Source: Escherichia phage vB_EcoM_HZ_ZJUN4
DNA: 64,000 nucleotides
Direction: 5' to 3' (one strand)
Sequence record: PP216085
Shown here: one piece after another, positions 9,425 to 19,002 of the stretch
Layout: every line of letters begins with the position of its first letter
How positions within the stretch are numbered: the first letter of the stretch is position 1
The notes under the pieces: generated by a model
Databases searched by the model: none
What the model saw: only the letters and a program-made list of their open reading frames with translations
Told to the model about the DNA's origin: nothing
Made by a program: the position numbers and the translations under genes

Positions 9425-9884
9425 CAGAATATACCCGTGCTGCTTTGTGAATGGCCCTGGATGCAGGACCGTTCTTTTCGTTACAGGTTGTTTGCATAAA
9501 TGTGAAGGGTGTTATAATAAATCAACATGGAATGCTAGAAATGGCGTTCCATTCACTGGTGAAACACTGGAACAATTAATTAAATGTTTGAATAATGATT
9601 ATATAGAAGGATTAACTATAACTGGAGGAGACCCTCTTTATCCTGATAACCGAGATGTTGTTCATTGCATTGTTCAAACAGTAAAAAATCTTTATCCAAA
9701 TAAAAGCATTTGGTTGTGGACAGGATATAAGTTTGAAGATATTAAACAACTAGAAATGCTTAAATATGTTGATGTTATTATTGATGGGAAGTATGAGAAA
9801 AATCTTCCGACCAAAAAGCTGTGGCGAGGTTCAGATAATCAGCGACTTTGGTCAAATACCGATGGGGTGTGGAAACATGATTAA
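9414..9884 (+). CDS. nrdG: anaerobic RNR activating enzyme NrdG (radical SAM)
   Basis: 156 aa; CLHKCEGC radical-SAM cysteine motif; N-terminus MNYDRIYPCCFVNGPGC. Confidence 0.9.
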   Translation: MNYDRIYPCCFVNGPGCRTVLFVTGCLHKCEGCYNKSTWNARNGVPFTGETLEQLIKCLNNDYIEGLTITGGDPLYPDNRDVVHCIVQTVKNLYPNKSIWLWTGYKFEDIKQLEMLKYVDVIIDGKYEKNLPTKKLWRGSDNQRLWSNTDGVWKHD

Positions 9885-9998
9885 ACTGAATTATATTATT
9901 GATACTATAAATGATATGATTTTTCATTTTGGTCCAGAATTTTATTCGCAGTATAGTTTAGTACTTATCAATGCTTGGTTAATCAATTAAGGGTAAAT

Positions 9999-10214
9999 AT
10001 GTATAAATTTCGTAAAGGTTTAGCTGATTTTCTTACAACTGTAACGTTCTTTTTGTTTATGGCAGTTGGTGCTATTTTTCTTATTCCTTTTATTGCTATA
10101 TTTTTCGTGATTAGTTTGATTTCTCCAGAAAAAGGACTGTCTTCTAGCGAGTTCAATGAACGCCTGGATAAAATTACTAATAAGCTGAATGCTGTTCTTG
10201 ATAAAAAGGATTAA
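9999..10214 (+). CDS. small membrane protein
   Basis: Track ORF 9975..10214 trimmed to ATG (MYKFRKG) after AAGGG; one long hydrophobic segment. Confidence 0.4.
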   Translation: MYKFRKGLADFLTTVTFFLFMAVGAIFLIPFIAIFFVISLISPEKGLSSSEFNERLDKITNKLNAVLDKKD

Positions 10215-10216
10215 TT

Positions 10217-10528
10217 ATGATTAGTTTTGAGCGGTATGTGGTAGAGAGTTGGAAAGGTTTTGATATGTTCGGTAATGACTATTATTTTTACGAATGTAAT
10301 CTAAATCCTAGTTTTTGGGCTGGACGTGAACGAGATCTCGAAGAAATTAATGCTCGTGCCGAATTGTTAGGTGAACTACCTACGGTTTATTTTACCTTTG
10401 ATGCATCTGGATTTGTTATCCAGGTTTATTTTCCTGAAGAAAACTCTGGTGAGGATTCTGTTAACCCGCCATACTGGGCTTATCAAGGAATTATTTCTCG
10501 TGGAACAAAACTCGAACTTAAAGAATAA
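10217..10528 (+). CDS. hypothetical protein
   Basis: Track ORF, 103 aa, ATG 2 nt after previous stop. Confidence 0.45.
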   Translation: MISFERYVVESWKGFDMFGNDYYFYECNLNPSFWAGRERDLEEINARAELLGELPTVYFTFDASGFVIQVYFPEENSGEDSVNPPYWAYQGIISRGTKLELKE

Positions 10529-10823
10529 GATTGAAGTCTATGGAATTCCAGATGAAGTAGGTCGTTGTCCTGGATGTCAATCAGTTACAAAACTTCTAAA
10601 GGAGCTCAATGCTCCTTTTACTTTCTATAAAGTTCTTACAAATAATGGTAAGATCGAGTATGATCGTCCATTGATTGTATCTCTTGCTAAACGCGCTGGA
10701 TTCACATCTCTTAACATTCGTTATCCAGTCATTTTCATCAATGATTCTAGACAAAAGAACATTAAACACTTCAAAGAAACTCTCATTTCACTTGGATATG
10801 ATAGAGATATCATAGAAGACTAA
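10500..10823 (+). CDS. glutaredoxin-like protein (NrdH-like), start uncertain
   Basis: KIEVYGIPDEVGRCPGCQ thioredoxin-fold motif; no in-frame ATG ahead of the domain, GTG at 10500 preceded by AAGGA is the best candidate; overlaps upstream ORF by 29 nt. Confidence 0.55.
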   Translation: MEQNSNLKNKIEVYGIPDEVGRCPGCQSVTKLLKELNAPFTFYKVLTNNGKIEYDRPLIVSLAKRAGFTSLNIRYPVIFINDSRQKNIKHFKETLISLGYDRDIIED

Positions 10824-10826
10824 GAC

Positions 10827-10849
10827 GGGCCCTCTGGGCCTTTCTTTCT
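10827..10849 (+). terminator. intrinsic terminator
   Basis: GGGCCC-TCT-GGGCC hairpin followed by TTTCTTTCT. Confidence 0.5.
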
Positions 10850-10920
10850 CGCATTCTGTATATTACCATTCTAAGCTATCGTTCCCTTCTTATCATTCCC
10901 TAAAATAATTTCACAAAGTT

Positions 10921-10950
10921 GTTTACAAGAAGTTCAAACTGTGGTATTAT
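10921..10950 (+). promoter_or_regulatory. T4-type early promoter
   Basis: GTTTACAAG...GTGGTATTAT. Confidence 0.6.
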
Positions 10951-10980
10951 TAACATATGAATTGCCTTTGAGGATTTGAT

Positions 10981-11163
10981 ATGGTTGTGGTTGATAAAGA
11001 AATTAAAAAGGGACAATATTATTTTATTAATGGTAATGTTGTTCGTGTTACTTATGTAAACGGTTTTGAAGTTTATTATCTTATACTCAAGTTACATAAA
11101 CAGATGATTTGTGATCGTGCTGTATTTAGTTCAGTTGCTAAGGAAATTAAACTCCATGGGTAA
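10981..11163 (+). CDS. hypothetical protein
   Basis: Track ORF, 60 aa, downstream of early promoter. Confidence 0.4.
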   Translation: MVVVDKEIKKGQYYFINGNVVRVTYVNGFEVYYLILKLHKQMICDRAVFSSVAKEIKLHG

Positions 11164-11588
11164 AACGTATCGTCGTAAAGATTTAAAAGTACGTGATTAT
11201 GACTATTTCGGAAAGCGTAAAGCTCCTGATGGTGTAAGTCATAAAGATATGGTTGAAAACATTTTTCACTCAGATAAATGACGTAGAATGAAAGGCATTG
11301 ATTCAGAAGTTAAAGATGAGTTAAATCGTCAATTACGTGGTGAAGTAAGAAAGTTGAAAAAATCAGTTTACATTGACGATGATTTTGATTACAATACTTC
11401 TCAACGAGTTGCTAAGCGTAAATCAAACGAGTGCTATCGTTACAGCTGAGGAAAATATGAATATCAAACGCATGCTTTTTAAACAGGGATTATATACTTT
11501 AAATGTTGCTCCAAAAGGCGATACGACCAAGTGGTCAGTAAATGACTGGATTAAATTTATTGATGAAAACGGTAACTGGAAAATTTAA

Positions 11589-11789
11589 ATGAATCCTGAA
11601 TCTAAATTATCGCAACGAATTGCTGAAGCTCGTCGTCAGTTCTTTGAAAATATGATAGCCCAAGGTATTGATGACGAAGTTTTTCTGAACTGGTTTTGGA
11701 ATCACAAATATTCAAAATGCGCAGGAGCAATATTAATATCAGCCGCAATGATGTACGAAGGCTGGAAGGGTGCCAAACAGTTTAGCTAA
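11589..11789 (+). CDS. hypothetical protein
   Basis: Track ORF, 66 aa. Confidence 0.45.
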   Translation: MNPESKLSQRIAEARRQFFENMIAQGIDDEVFLNWFWNHKYSKCAGAILISAAMMYEGWKGAKQFS

Positions 11790-11806
11790 GGGCTTCGGCC
11801 CTTTTT
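11790..11806 (+). terminator. GGGCTTCGGCCC hairpin (UUCG loop) + U-tract
   Basis: Perfect GC stem with UUCG tetraloop followed by TTTTT. Confidence 0.55.
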
Positions 11807-11841
11807 GGATAATAAAATTTTAATGCAATTGAGGATAATGT

Positions 11842-12168
11842 ATGACTATTCAAATTAAAAACGCCATCAATTCTTACGCATATGATAAAGTAGTTTCTTT
11901 GCTAGAAAAAGGCGATATTGTAACTCCTCAAATTTTGGATAAATGGGAAAAAGAGCTTCATCAGACGATGAAACAGAATGATCAGAAAATTGGACGAAAT
12001 ACTATCCGTGAATTGTTGGTTCAATATATCTTGTCAGAATTTGATGTTAAAGCTTTTGGCGTAGAATCTAAAGCTTATCAAAAGCATGAAATTTCTGATA
12101 AAACTATTCGTCGTATGAAAAATCAACGCAAGAAAAAATTTGCTGACCTGAAAATTGCTAAGGTATGA
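11842..12168 (+). CDS. hypothetical protein
   Basis: Track ORF, 108 aa, RBS GAGGATAATG. Confidence 0.5.
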   Translation: MTIQIKNAINSYAYDKVVSLLEKGDIVTPQILDKWEKELHQTMKQNDQKIGRNTIRELLVQYILSEFDVKAFGVESKAYQKHEISDKTIRRMKNQRKKKFADLKIAKV

Positions 12169-12386
12169 ATATGAACGAAGCTCTTATTAACGATTTGCGT
12201 CTTGCCGGATATGAAGTAAATACAAACGGCATTGGTTTAACTCAAATTGAAGGAAATGGATTCATCCTTGAGTATGAATTTAGCCAATGGTGGTTATACG
12301 CTAATTACGGCGAATTGATTGAATACGTTGACCAGTTTGATTCACTAGATGCAGCTCTCGAAGCGGCTAAGTTGATGAATGTATGA
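12165..12386 (+). CDS. hypothetical protein
   Basis: Track ORF, 73 aa, ATGA overlap. Confidence 0.45.
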   Translation: MNMNEALINDLRLAGYEVNTNGIGLTQIEGNGFILEYEFSQWWLYANYGELIEYVDQFDSLDAALEAAKLMNV

Positions 12387-12652
12387 AATTTATTAATATT
12401 TCTATTACTATTGAAAATTATGGAATTTTCTATGTTGACCAATACATGAAAATTTCATTTTTCCCAAATAAGACTGGTGTTGGATATTGGGAAAGCCATG
12501 TTTCTGAATTAAATGAAAGTGAATATGCTAGCACACATGAAAAGTTTTTAGACTTTTTATATCATGCTGATTTAACTAGTCATTACATAGATATTCATGA
12601 ATTTAAAAAGATGATGGAGAAAGTGTTCCAAGCATACTGTTTACTTAGATAA
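12383..12652 (+). CDS. hypothetical protein
   Basis: Track ORF, 89 aa, ATGA overlap. Confidence 0.4.
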   Translation: MKFINISITIENYGIFYVDQYMKISFFPNKTGVGYWESHVSELNESEYASTHEKFLDFLYHADLTSHYIDIHEFKKMMEKVFQAYCLLR

Positions 12653-12730
12653 CTGATATCCTCTATGCTTTAAGATAGATCTTCAAATATTATGATATAA
12701 TAGATCTATGAATTGAGCTAAGAGGTGAAA

Positions 12731-13288
12731 ATGTCAGAAACTAAGCCTAAATATAATTACGTAAACAATAAAGAGCTTTTACAGGCTATTATTGATTGGA
12801 AAACAGAATTAGCAAATAATAAAGACCCAAATAAAGTAGTTCGTCAGAATGATACTATCGGATTAGCCATTATGCTTATCGCAGAAGGCTTATCTAAACG
12901 TTTCAACTTTTCAGGATACACCCAATCTTGGAAACAAGAAATGATTGCAGATGGTATAGAAGCTTCTATTAAGGGGCTTCATAATTTTGATGAAACGAAA
13001 TATAAAAACCCACATGCATATATAACTCAAGCTTGTTTTAATGCATTCGTCCAACGTATTAAAAAAGAACGTAAGGAAGTTGCAAAGAAATATAGTTACT
13101 TCGTTCACAATGTCTATGACAGTCGTGACGACGATATGGTTGCGTTAGTAGATGAAACTTTTATTCAAGACATCTACGATAAAATGACGCATTACGAAGA
13201 ATCAACCTATAGAACACCAGGGGCTGAAAAGAAAAGTGTTGTAGACGATTCTCCTAGTTTGGATTTTTTATATGAGGCTAACGATTAA
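12731..13288 (+). CDS. 55: late-transcription sigma factor gp55
   Basis: Track ORF 12725 (GTG) trimmed to ATG with AGAGGTGAAA RBS giving 185 aa [24 protein letters not shown]; matches recalled T4 gp55. Confidence 0.9.
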
Positions 13289-13490
13289 CCTCTCCGGATT
13301 CTTGGAAGAAATACCTGAAGTTGAAGCTATTCCCTATTTACTTAAAATGTATCTCAGGGAAGTTTTAGCTCTTGACATTGATATTGATCCAGAAAATCCG
13401 TATGATACCGCTTTTAAATCTAATGGTGTAGAATTAAACTATCGGTATCATTTAACAGATGATGATTTTTATTTTATATTAGAGAAATAA
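13272..13490 (+). CDS. hypothetical protein
   Basis: Track ORF, 72 aa. Confidence 0.4.
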
Positions 13491-13491
13491 T

Positions 13492-13809
13492 ATGACTGAT
13501 AAACCCGAAATTAATGATGAAGTGGAAAAGCTTATTTCTTCTATTGAAGAAAAGAACCGTCTTGAAGCAGAAAGAAAAGCAAATAAGTTATTGTCTAAAA
13601 ATAAACGCGAACTGAACCGTCTTTATAAACACGCTCAGATTGCAGCTGAAAACAATAATTTTGCTCAATACGAATATGCTATCAAGAAAAGTCGGGATAT
13701 TCTAAAACAGCCATATAATGATGAACTCATTAGTATTCTTTGGAAGACTACTAGATCGCAGATTGAGGATATGATTGATGCTTACACACGTAAAATTCAA
13801 GCGTCTTAA
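13492..13809 (+). CDS. hypothetical protein
   Basis: Track ORF, 105 aa, K/E-rich. Confidence 0.5.
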   Translation: MTDKPEINDEVEKLISSIEEKNRLEAERKANKLLSKNKRELNRLYKHAQIAAENNNFAQYEYAIKKSRDILKQPYNDELISILWKTTRSQIEDMIDAYTRKIQAS

Positions 13810-13981
13810 AATTAATGCAGGATTTACTGAATCTTTGAACGGTCATCTTTGTGTGAAAATTTCTGAAAAAGAATACCATGATAGTTCAATTAAAGAAGTT
13901 AATCCTCCTATTGTAAGAGCAGACCCTAATATGAAAGTGTGGGTTGATTCTTATCAAGTCAAAAAATGGTGGCAACTGTGA
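13775..13981 (+). CDS. hypothetical protein
   Basis: Track ORF, 68 aa; overlaps previous gene end. Confidence 0.3.
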   Translation: MMLTHVKFKRLKINAGFTESLNGHLCVKISEKEYHDSSIKEVNPPIVRADPNMKVWVDSYQVKKWWQL

Positions 13982-14224
13982 AAGATGAACACCCAGACTT
14001 CTGAAATAGATTATAACAAAATTCGTTCCTCTAAAGTAGAAATGATGAGACGCTTTAAAGAGGCTCATGATAAAGCTAAAGCAGAAGGAACTATAACATA
14101 TAAACGCATAAAATTTAGAAGCTCTAATGAGCCTCTGTATGGTGTATTATGTGGATAGGAGCTTCGGCTCCTATATTGCTTTATAAATTTTTGGTAAAAT
14201 AAACCAAAACAATGAGGATATTAA

Positions 14225-15427
14225 ATGAAAGTATGTATTTTTATGGCTCGAGGTCTTGAAGGTTGCGGTGTAACTAAATTTTCTCTTGAGCAGCGTGATT
14301 GGTTTATTAAAAATGGTCATGAAGTAACTTTGGTTTATGCTAAAGATAAATCATTTACTCGTAATTGCGCGCATGATTATAAATCATTTTCAATTCCGGT
14401 TTTATTGGCAAAAGAATACGATAAAACACTTAAGTTGGTAAATGATTGTGATATTCTAATTATCAATTCAGTTCCTGCTACTTCAGTTGAAGAAGACACG
14501 ATTAATAACTATAAAAAAATTATTGATAACATTAAACCTTCGGTTCGTGTTGTAGTTTATCAGCATGACCATTCTTCTCTTTCTTTACGCCGAAATTTGG
14601 GATTAGAAGAAACTGTTCGTCGAGCTGATGTTATTTTTAGCCATTCTGATAATGGCGATTTTAATAAAGTTTTAATGAAAGAATGGTATCCAGAAACTGT
14701 TTCACTGTTTGATGATATTGAAGAAGCACCGACTGTATATAACTTTCAGCCTCCTATGGATATTGCGAAGGTTCGATCAACTTACTGGAAAGATGTTTCT
14801 GAAATTAACATGAATATCAACCGTTGGATTGGTCGTACTACTACATGGAAAGGCTTTTATCAGATGTTTGATTTTCACGAAAAACATCTTAAACCTGCAG
14901 GACTAAGTACTATTATGGAAGGTCTGGAACGTTCTCCAGCGTTCATTCCTATTAAAGAAAAAGGAATTCCATACGAGTATTATCGTCTTCATCAAGTAGA
15001 CCAAATTAAAATTGCTCCTAATTTGCCAACGCAAATTCTCGACCGTTATGTAAATAGCGAAATGCTTGAACGTATGAGTAAATCCGGATTTGGTTATCAG
15101 CTGAGTAAATTAGATAAAAAATATCTACAACGTTCTTTAGAATACACTCATCTCGAGCTTGGTGCATGCGGAACAATTCCAGTATTTTGGAAATCTACTG
15201 GTGAAAATTTAAAATTCCGTGTTGATAATACTCCGTTAATTTCTCATGATAGCGGTATCGTTTGGTTTGATGAAAATGACATGAAATCAACATTTGAGCG
15301 TATTAAAGAACTGTCATCTGACCGAGCTCTTTATGACCGTGAACGTGAAAAAGCTTATGAATTTTTGTATCAGCATCAAGATTCAAGCTTCTGCTTTAAA
15401 GAGCAGTTTGACATTATTACAAAATAA
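14225..15427 (+). CDS. agt: DNA alpha-glucosyltransferase
   Basis: 400 aa, N-terminus M-x-CIFMARGLEGCGVTKFSLEQRDWFIKNGHEVTLVYAKDKSF matches recalled T4 Agt. Confidence 0.9.
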   Translation: MKVCIFMARGLEGCGVTKFSLEQRDWFIKNGHEVTLVYAKDKSFTRNCAHDYKSFSIPVLLAKEYDKTLKLVNDCDILIINSVPATSVEEDTINNYKKIIDNIKPSVRVVVYQHDHSSLSLRRNLGLEETVRRADVIFSHSDNGDFNKVLMKEWYPETVSLFDDIEEAPTVYNFQPPMDIAKVRSTYWKDVSEINMNINRWIGRTTTWKGFYQMFDFHEKHLKPAGLSTIMEGLERSPAFIPIKEKGIPYEYYRLHQVDQIKIAPNLPTQILDRYVNSEMLERMSKSGFGYQLSKLDKKYLQRSLEYTHLELGACGTIPVFWKSTGENLKFRVDNTPLISHDSGIVWFDENDMKSTFERIKELSSDRALYDREREKAYEFLYQHQDSSFCFKEQFDIITK

Positions 15428-15428
15428 A

Positions 15429-15443
15429 GGGCTTCGGCCCTTT
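15429..15443 (+). terminator. GGGCTTCGGCCC hairpin + short U-tract
   Basis: UUCG-loop GC hairpin directly after agt stop. Confidence 0.5.
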
Positions 15444-15466
15444 AGCTTTATACGGAGTTTGATATA

Positions 15467-15607
15467 ATGATATTTCTTGGATATGTGATACTTTTTCTTG
15501 CATTTTATCTATTTGCTAGAGCATGTTGGATTGGGTTCTTTAGCACTCCAGATGGATTTATTTCAATAATTTTATTTTGCATTTCAATGACGGTTCTTGA
15601 TATATGA
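15467..15607 (+). CDS. small hydrophobic peptide (46 aa)
   Basis: Not in ORF track; ATG after GGAG; MIFLGYVILFLAFYLFARACWIGFF...; stop overlaps gene 47 start (ATATGA). Confidence 0.3.
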   Translation: MIFLGYVILFLAFYLFARACWIGFFSTPDGFISIILFCISMTVLDI

Positions 15608-16623
15608 AAATTTTAAATTTAGGTGATTGGCATTTAGGCGTTAAAGCTGATGATGAGTGGATTCAATCAATCCAGTTGGATGGAATTAAGCAAGCGATAG
15701 AATATTCTAAGAAAAACGGAATTACTACATGGATTCAATACGGCGATATTTTTGATGTGCGAAAAGCAATCACACATAAAACTATGGAGTTCGCCCGTGA
15801 AATAGTTCAAATGCTTGATGATGCTGGTATTACCCTGCATACTGTTGTAGGAAACCATGATATGCACTTTAAAAATACTTTAACTCCAAATGCTTCTACT
15901 GAGCTTTTGGCTAAATATCCTAATGTTAAAGTATATGATAAGCCTACTACAGTAGATTTTGACGGATGTTTGATTGATTTAATTCCTTGGATGTGTGAAG
16001 AAAATACCGGTGAAATTCTTGAACACATCAAAACTTCATCTGCTTCTTTTTGTGTTGGTCACTGGGAACTGAATGGATTTTATTTTTATAAAGGAATGAA
16101 ATCTCACGGTCTTGAACCTGATTTCCTTAAGACTTATAAAGAGGTGTGGTCTGGTCACTTCCATACTATCTCTGAGGCTGCTAACGTCAAATATATTGGG
16201 ACACCATGGACACTAACTGCAGGTGACGAGAATGACCCTCGCGGGTTCTGGATGTTTGATACAGAAACAGAACGAATGGAATTTATTCCAAACAACACTA
16301 CCTGGCATCGTCGAATTCAATATCCATTTAAGGGAAAAATTGACTACAAAGATTTTACAAATCTATCAGTACGTGTTATAGTAACTGAAGTAGACAAAAA
16401 TCTAACGAAGTTCGAATCTGAACTAGAAAAAGTTGTGCATTCATTACGAGTTGTGTCAAAGATTGATAACTCTGTCGAGTCAGATGATAGCGAAGAAGTT
16501 GAAGTTCAATCTCTTCAGACGTTGATGGAAGAATACATTAATGCAATTCCAGACATCACTGATTCTGATCGCGAAGCACTTATTCAATATGCAAATCAGT
16601 TATATGTAGAGGCAACACAATGA
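15604..16623 (+). CDS. 47: recombination endonuclease subunit gp47 (Mre11/SbcD-like)
   Basis: 339 aa; phosphoesterase motifs GDWHLG, GDIFD, GNHD. Confidence 0.9.
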   Translation: MKILNLGDWHLGVKADDEWIQSIQLDGIKQAIEYSKKNGITTWIQYGDIFDVRKAITHKTMEFAREIVQMLDDAGITLHTVVGNHDMHFKNTLTPNASTELLAKYPNVKVYDKPTTVDFDGCLIDLIPWMCEENTGEILEHIKTSSASFCVGHWELNGFYFYKGMKSHGLEPDFLKTYKEVWSGHFHTISEAANVKYIGTPWTLTAGDENDPRGFWMFDTETERMEFIPNNTTWHRRIQYPFKGKIDYKDFTNLSVRVIVTEVDKNLTKFESELEKVVHSLRVVSKIDNSVESDDSEEVEVQSLQTLMEEYINAIPDITDSDREALIQYANQLYVEATQ

Positions 16624-16883
16624 CTTTTGATGAATTTAAAAATGTTATGATGTGTCAGCATTTTGAATGCGAAGTAAAAGATGATATTGGGCATAAAGAA
16701 ATTATTGAATATTGGTTTGAACCGCTAGAGGTTGAAGATAATTGTATTAAAAAGGTCACGGTCTGCACTGACTGGGCGGTATCTTTTAACTTCAACATTT
16801 TAGATAATGACACACCTAAATCATTACAAGATATGGCTGTATCTTGTATTAAGGATGCATACTGTGAAGTTTTCGACATTTGA
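16620..16883 (+). CDS. hypothetical protein
   Basis: Track ORF, 87 aa, ATGA overlap with gene 47. Confidence 0.5.
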   Translation: MTFDEFKNVMMCQHFECEVKDDIGHKEIIEYWFEPLEVEDNCIKKVTVCTDWAVSFNFNILDNDTPKSLQDMAVSCIKDAYCEVFDI

Positions 16884-17070
16884 CATTAACGATGAATTCA
16901 TAGCAAATATTGATTACACCGAAGAAGATTCTAGATATGTTGGAATAATTTATATCACATCAAAAGCAGCACAAGGTGTTGTTTGCATGGCTGAATTTGA
17001 TGAATACTTTTTAGATTATGATGATATGATAGAATGGTCTAAAAGATACATTAAAAGGAATCTTTTGTGA
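16855..17070 (+). CDS. hypothetical protein
   Basis: Track ORF 16807..17070 trimmed to ATG (MHTVKFSTFD) after AAGGATG. Confidence 0.35.
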   Translation: MHTVKFSTFDINDEFIANIDYTEEDSRYVGIIYITSKAAQGVVCMAEFDEYFLDYDDMIEWSKRYIKRNLL

Positions 17071-18749
17071 AGAATTTTAAACTAAACCGAGTTAGGTATC
17101 AAAATATAATGTCAGTAGGTGGAAATCCTATTGACATTCAACTAGATAAGGTTCAAAAAACTCTTATTACTGGACGAAATGGCGGTGGTAAGTCTACTAT
17201 GTTAGAAGCCATCACATTTGGGCTTTTTGGCAAGCCATTCCGTGATGTAAAGAAAGGTCAATTAATAAACAGCACAAATAAGAAAGAACTTTTAGTTGAA
17301 CTGTGGATGGAATATGATGAGAAAAAGTACTATATCAAAAGAGGACAAAAACCAAACGTTTTCGAAATCACCGTTAACGGTACACGTCTTAATGAATCTG
17401 CCAGCAGTAAAGATTTCCAAGCAGAATTTGAACAGCTTATCGGAATGTCATATGCCAGTTTCAAGCAGATCGTCGTACTCGGCACGGCTGGATATACCCC
17501 TTTCATGGGCCTATCCACTCCTGCAAGAAGAAAACTCGTCGAAGACCTGCTCGAGGTAGGAACATTAGCTGAAATGGATAAGCTTAATAAAGCACTAATA
17601 CGTGAATTAAATTCACAAAACCAAGTGCTTGATGTTAAAAAAGATAGTATTATCCAACAAATTAAAATATATAATGATAACGTTGAACGCCAGAAAAAAT
17701 TAACCGGTGATAACCTTACTCGTCTGCAGAATATGTATGATGATTTGGCAAAAGAAGCTAGAACGTTAAAATCGGAAATAGAAGAAGCTAATGAAAGATT
17801 AGTTAATATTGTTTTGGATGAAGACCCGACTGATGCATTTAATAAAATCGGTCAAGAAGCATTTTTAATTAAATCAAAAATTGACTCGTATAATAAAGTC
17901 ATTAATATGTATCACGAAGGTGGATTATGTCCAACCTGTTTGTCACAATTAAGTTCCGGTGATAAAGTTGTTTCTAAAATTAAAGATAAAGTTTCTGAAT
18001 GCACGCATTCGTTTGAACAGCTTTCAACGCATCGTGATAATTTAAAAGTTCTTGTTGATGAATACCGAGATAATATTAAAACCCAGCAGACGTTGGCGAA
18101 TGATATTCGCAATAAAAAGCAATCCTTAATCACGACGGTAGATAAAGCTAAAAAGGTTAAAGCGGCTATAGAAAAAGCATCATCTGAGTTTATTGACCAT
18201 GCTGATGAAATAGCACTGCTTCAAGAAGAACTTGATAAAATTGTTAAGACAAAAACTAATTTGGTAATGGAAAAATACCACAGAGGAATTTTGACTGACA
18301 TGCTCAAAGATTCTGGTATTAAAGGTGCTATTATTAAAAAGTACATTCCATTATTTAATAAGCAGATTAACCATTATCTTAAAATAATGGAAGCGGATTA
18401 TGTGTTTACATTAGATGAAGAATTTAATGAGACAATTAAATCACGTGGTCGTGAAGATTTTAGTTATGCTTCATTTAGTGAAGGTGAAAAAGCACGAATC
18501 GATATTGCTCTTTTATTTACTTGGCGTGATATTGCTTCTATCGTATCTGGTGTTAGTATTAGTACATTAATTCTTGATGAAGTGTTTGATGGGTCATTTG
18601 ATGCCGAAGGTATTAAAGGCGTAGCTAATATTATAAATTCAATGAAAAATACTAATGTTTTTATAATTTCGCATAAAGACCATGACCCGCAAGAATATGG
18701 TCAGCATCTTCAAATGAAGAAAGTTGGTCGGTTTACTGTAATGGTTTAA
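17067..18749 (+). CDS. 46: recombination endonuclease subunit gp46 (Rad50/SbcC-like ATPase)
   Basis: 560 aa, GTG start after AAAAGGAA; Walker A GRNGGGKST; coiled-coil middle; CxxC zinc hook CPTC. Confidence 0.9.
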   Translation: MKNFKLNRVRYQNIMSVGGNPIDIQLDKVQKTLITGRNGGGKSTMLEAITFGLFGKPFRDVKKGQLINSTNKKELLVELWMEYDEKKYYIKRGQKPNVFEITVNGTRLNESASSKDFQAEFEQLIGMSYASFKQIVVLGTAGYTPFMGLSTPARRKLVEDLLEVGTLAEMDKLNKALIRELNSQNQVLDVKKDSIIQQIKIYNDNVERQKKLTGDNLTRLQNMYDDLAKEARTLKSEIEEANERLVNIVLDEDPTDAFNKIGQEAFLIKSKIDSYNKVINMYHEGGLCPTCLSQLSSGDKVVSKIKDKVSECTHSFEQLSTHRDNLKVLVDEYRDNIKTQQTLANDIRNKKQSLITTVDKAKKVKAAIEKASSEFIDHADEIALLQEELDKIVKTKTNLVMEKYHRGILTDMLKDSGIKGAIIKKYIPLFNKQINHYLKIMEADYVFTLDEEFNETIKSRGREDFSYASFSEGEKARIDIALLFTWRDIASIVSGVSISTLILDEVFDGSFDAEGIKGVANIINSMKNTNVFIISHKDHDPQEYGQHLQMKKVGRFTVMV

Positions 18750-18763
18750 TTTATAAGAGATTA

Positions 18764-18787
18764 TGCTTTAATTTATTAGAGTATAAT
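18764..18787 (+). promoter_or_regulatory. candidate MotA-dependent middle promoter
   Basis: MotA-box-like TATGCTTTA about 11 nt upstream of TATAAT. Confidence 0.35.
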
Positions 18788-18804
18788 CTCTATGGAGGAA
18801 AAAC

Positions 18805-18993
18805 ATGGAATATTCAACTGGACAGCATCTATTAACTATTCCCGAAATAAAACGATATATTCTGAGAAATAATTTTTCTAATGAAGAGCATATAGTTACT
18901 GAATCTATGCTTAAGAATGCATTTAAATCAGAATATACGAAAATAATGTCCAACAGAAATGAAGCTTGGACTGTTACTGATTATTATGACTAA
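18805..18993 (+). CDS. hypothetical protein
   Basis: 62 aa, RBS GGAGGAAAAAC. Confidence 0.5.
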   Translation: MEYSTGQHLLTIPEIKRYILRNNFSNEEHIVTESMLKNAFKSEYTKIMSNRNEAWTVTDYYD

Positions 18994-19002
18994 AGGTGTA
19001 TT

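Noticed and set aside
9766-9990. 74-aa + strand ORF overlapping the nrdG 3' end
   Set aside because: Alternative frame of nrdG with no RBS; the downstream membrane-protein ORF has a better start at 9999.
12661-12705. Possible MotA-box middle promoter upstream of gene 55 (TATGCTTTA ... TATAAT)
   Set aside because: Spacing between the MotA-box-like element and the candidate -10 elements (15 or 23 nt) does not fit the 11-13 nt rule; left unannotated.
17296-18133. Internal alternative-frame and antisense ORFs within gene 46
   Set aside because: Embedded in the Rad50-like gene; no independent signals.
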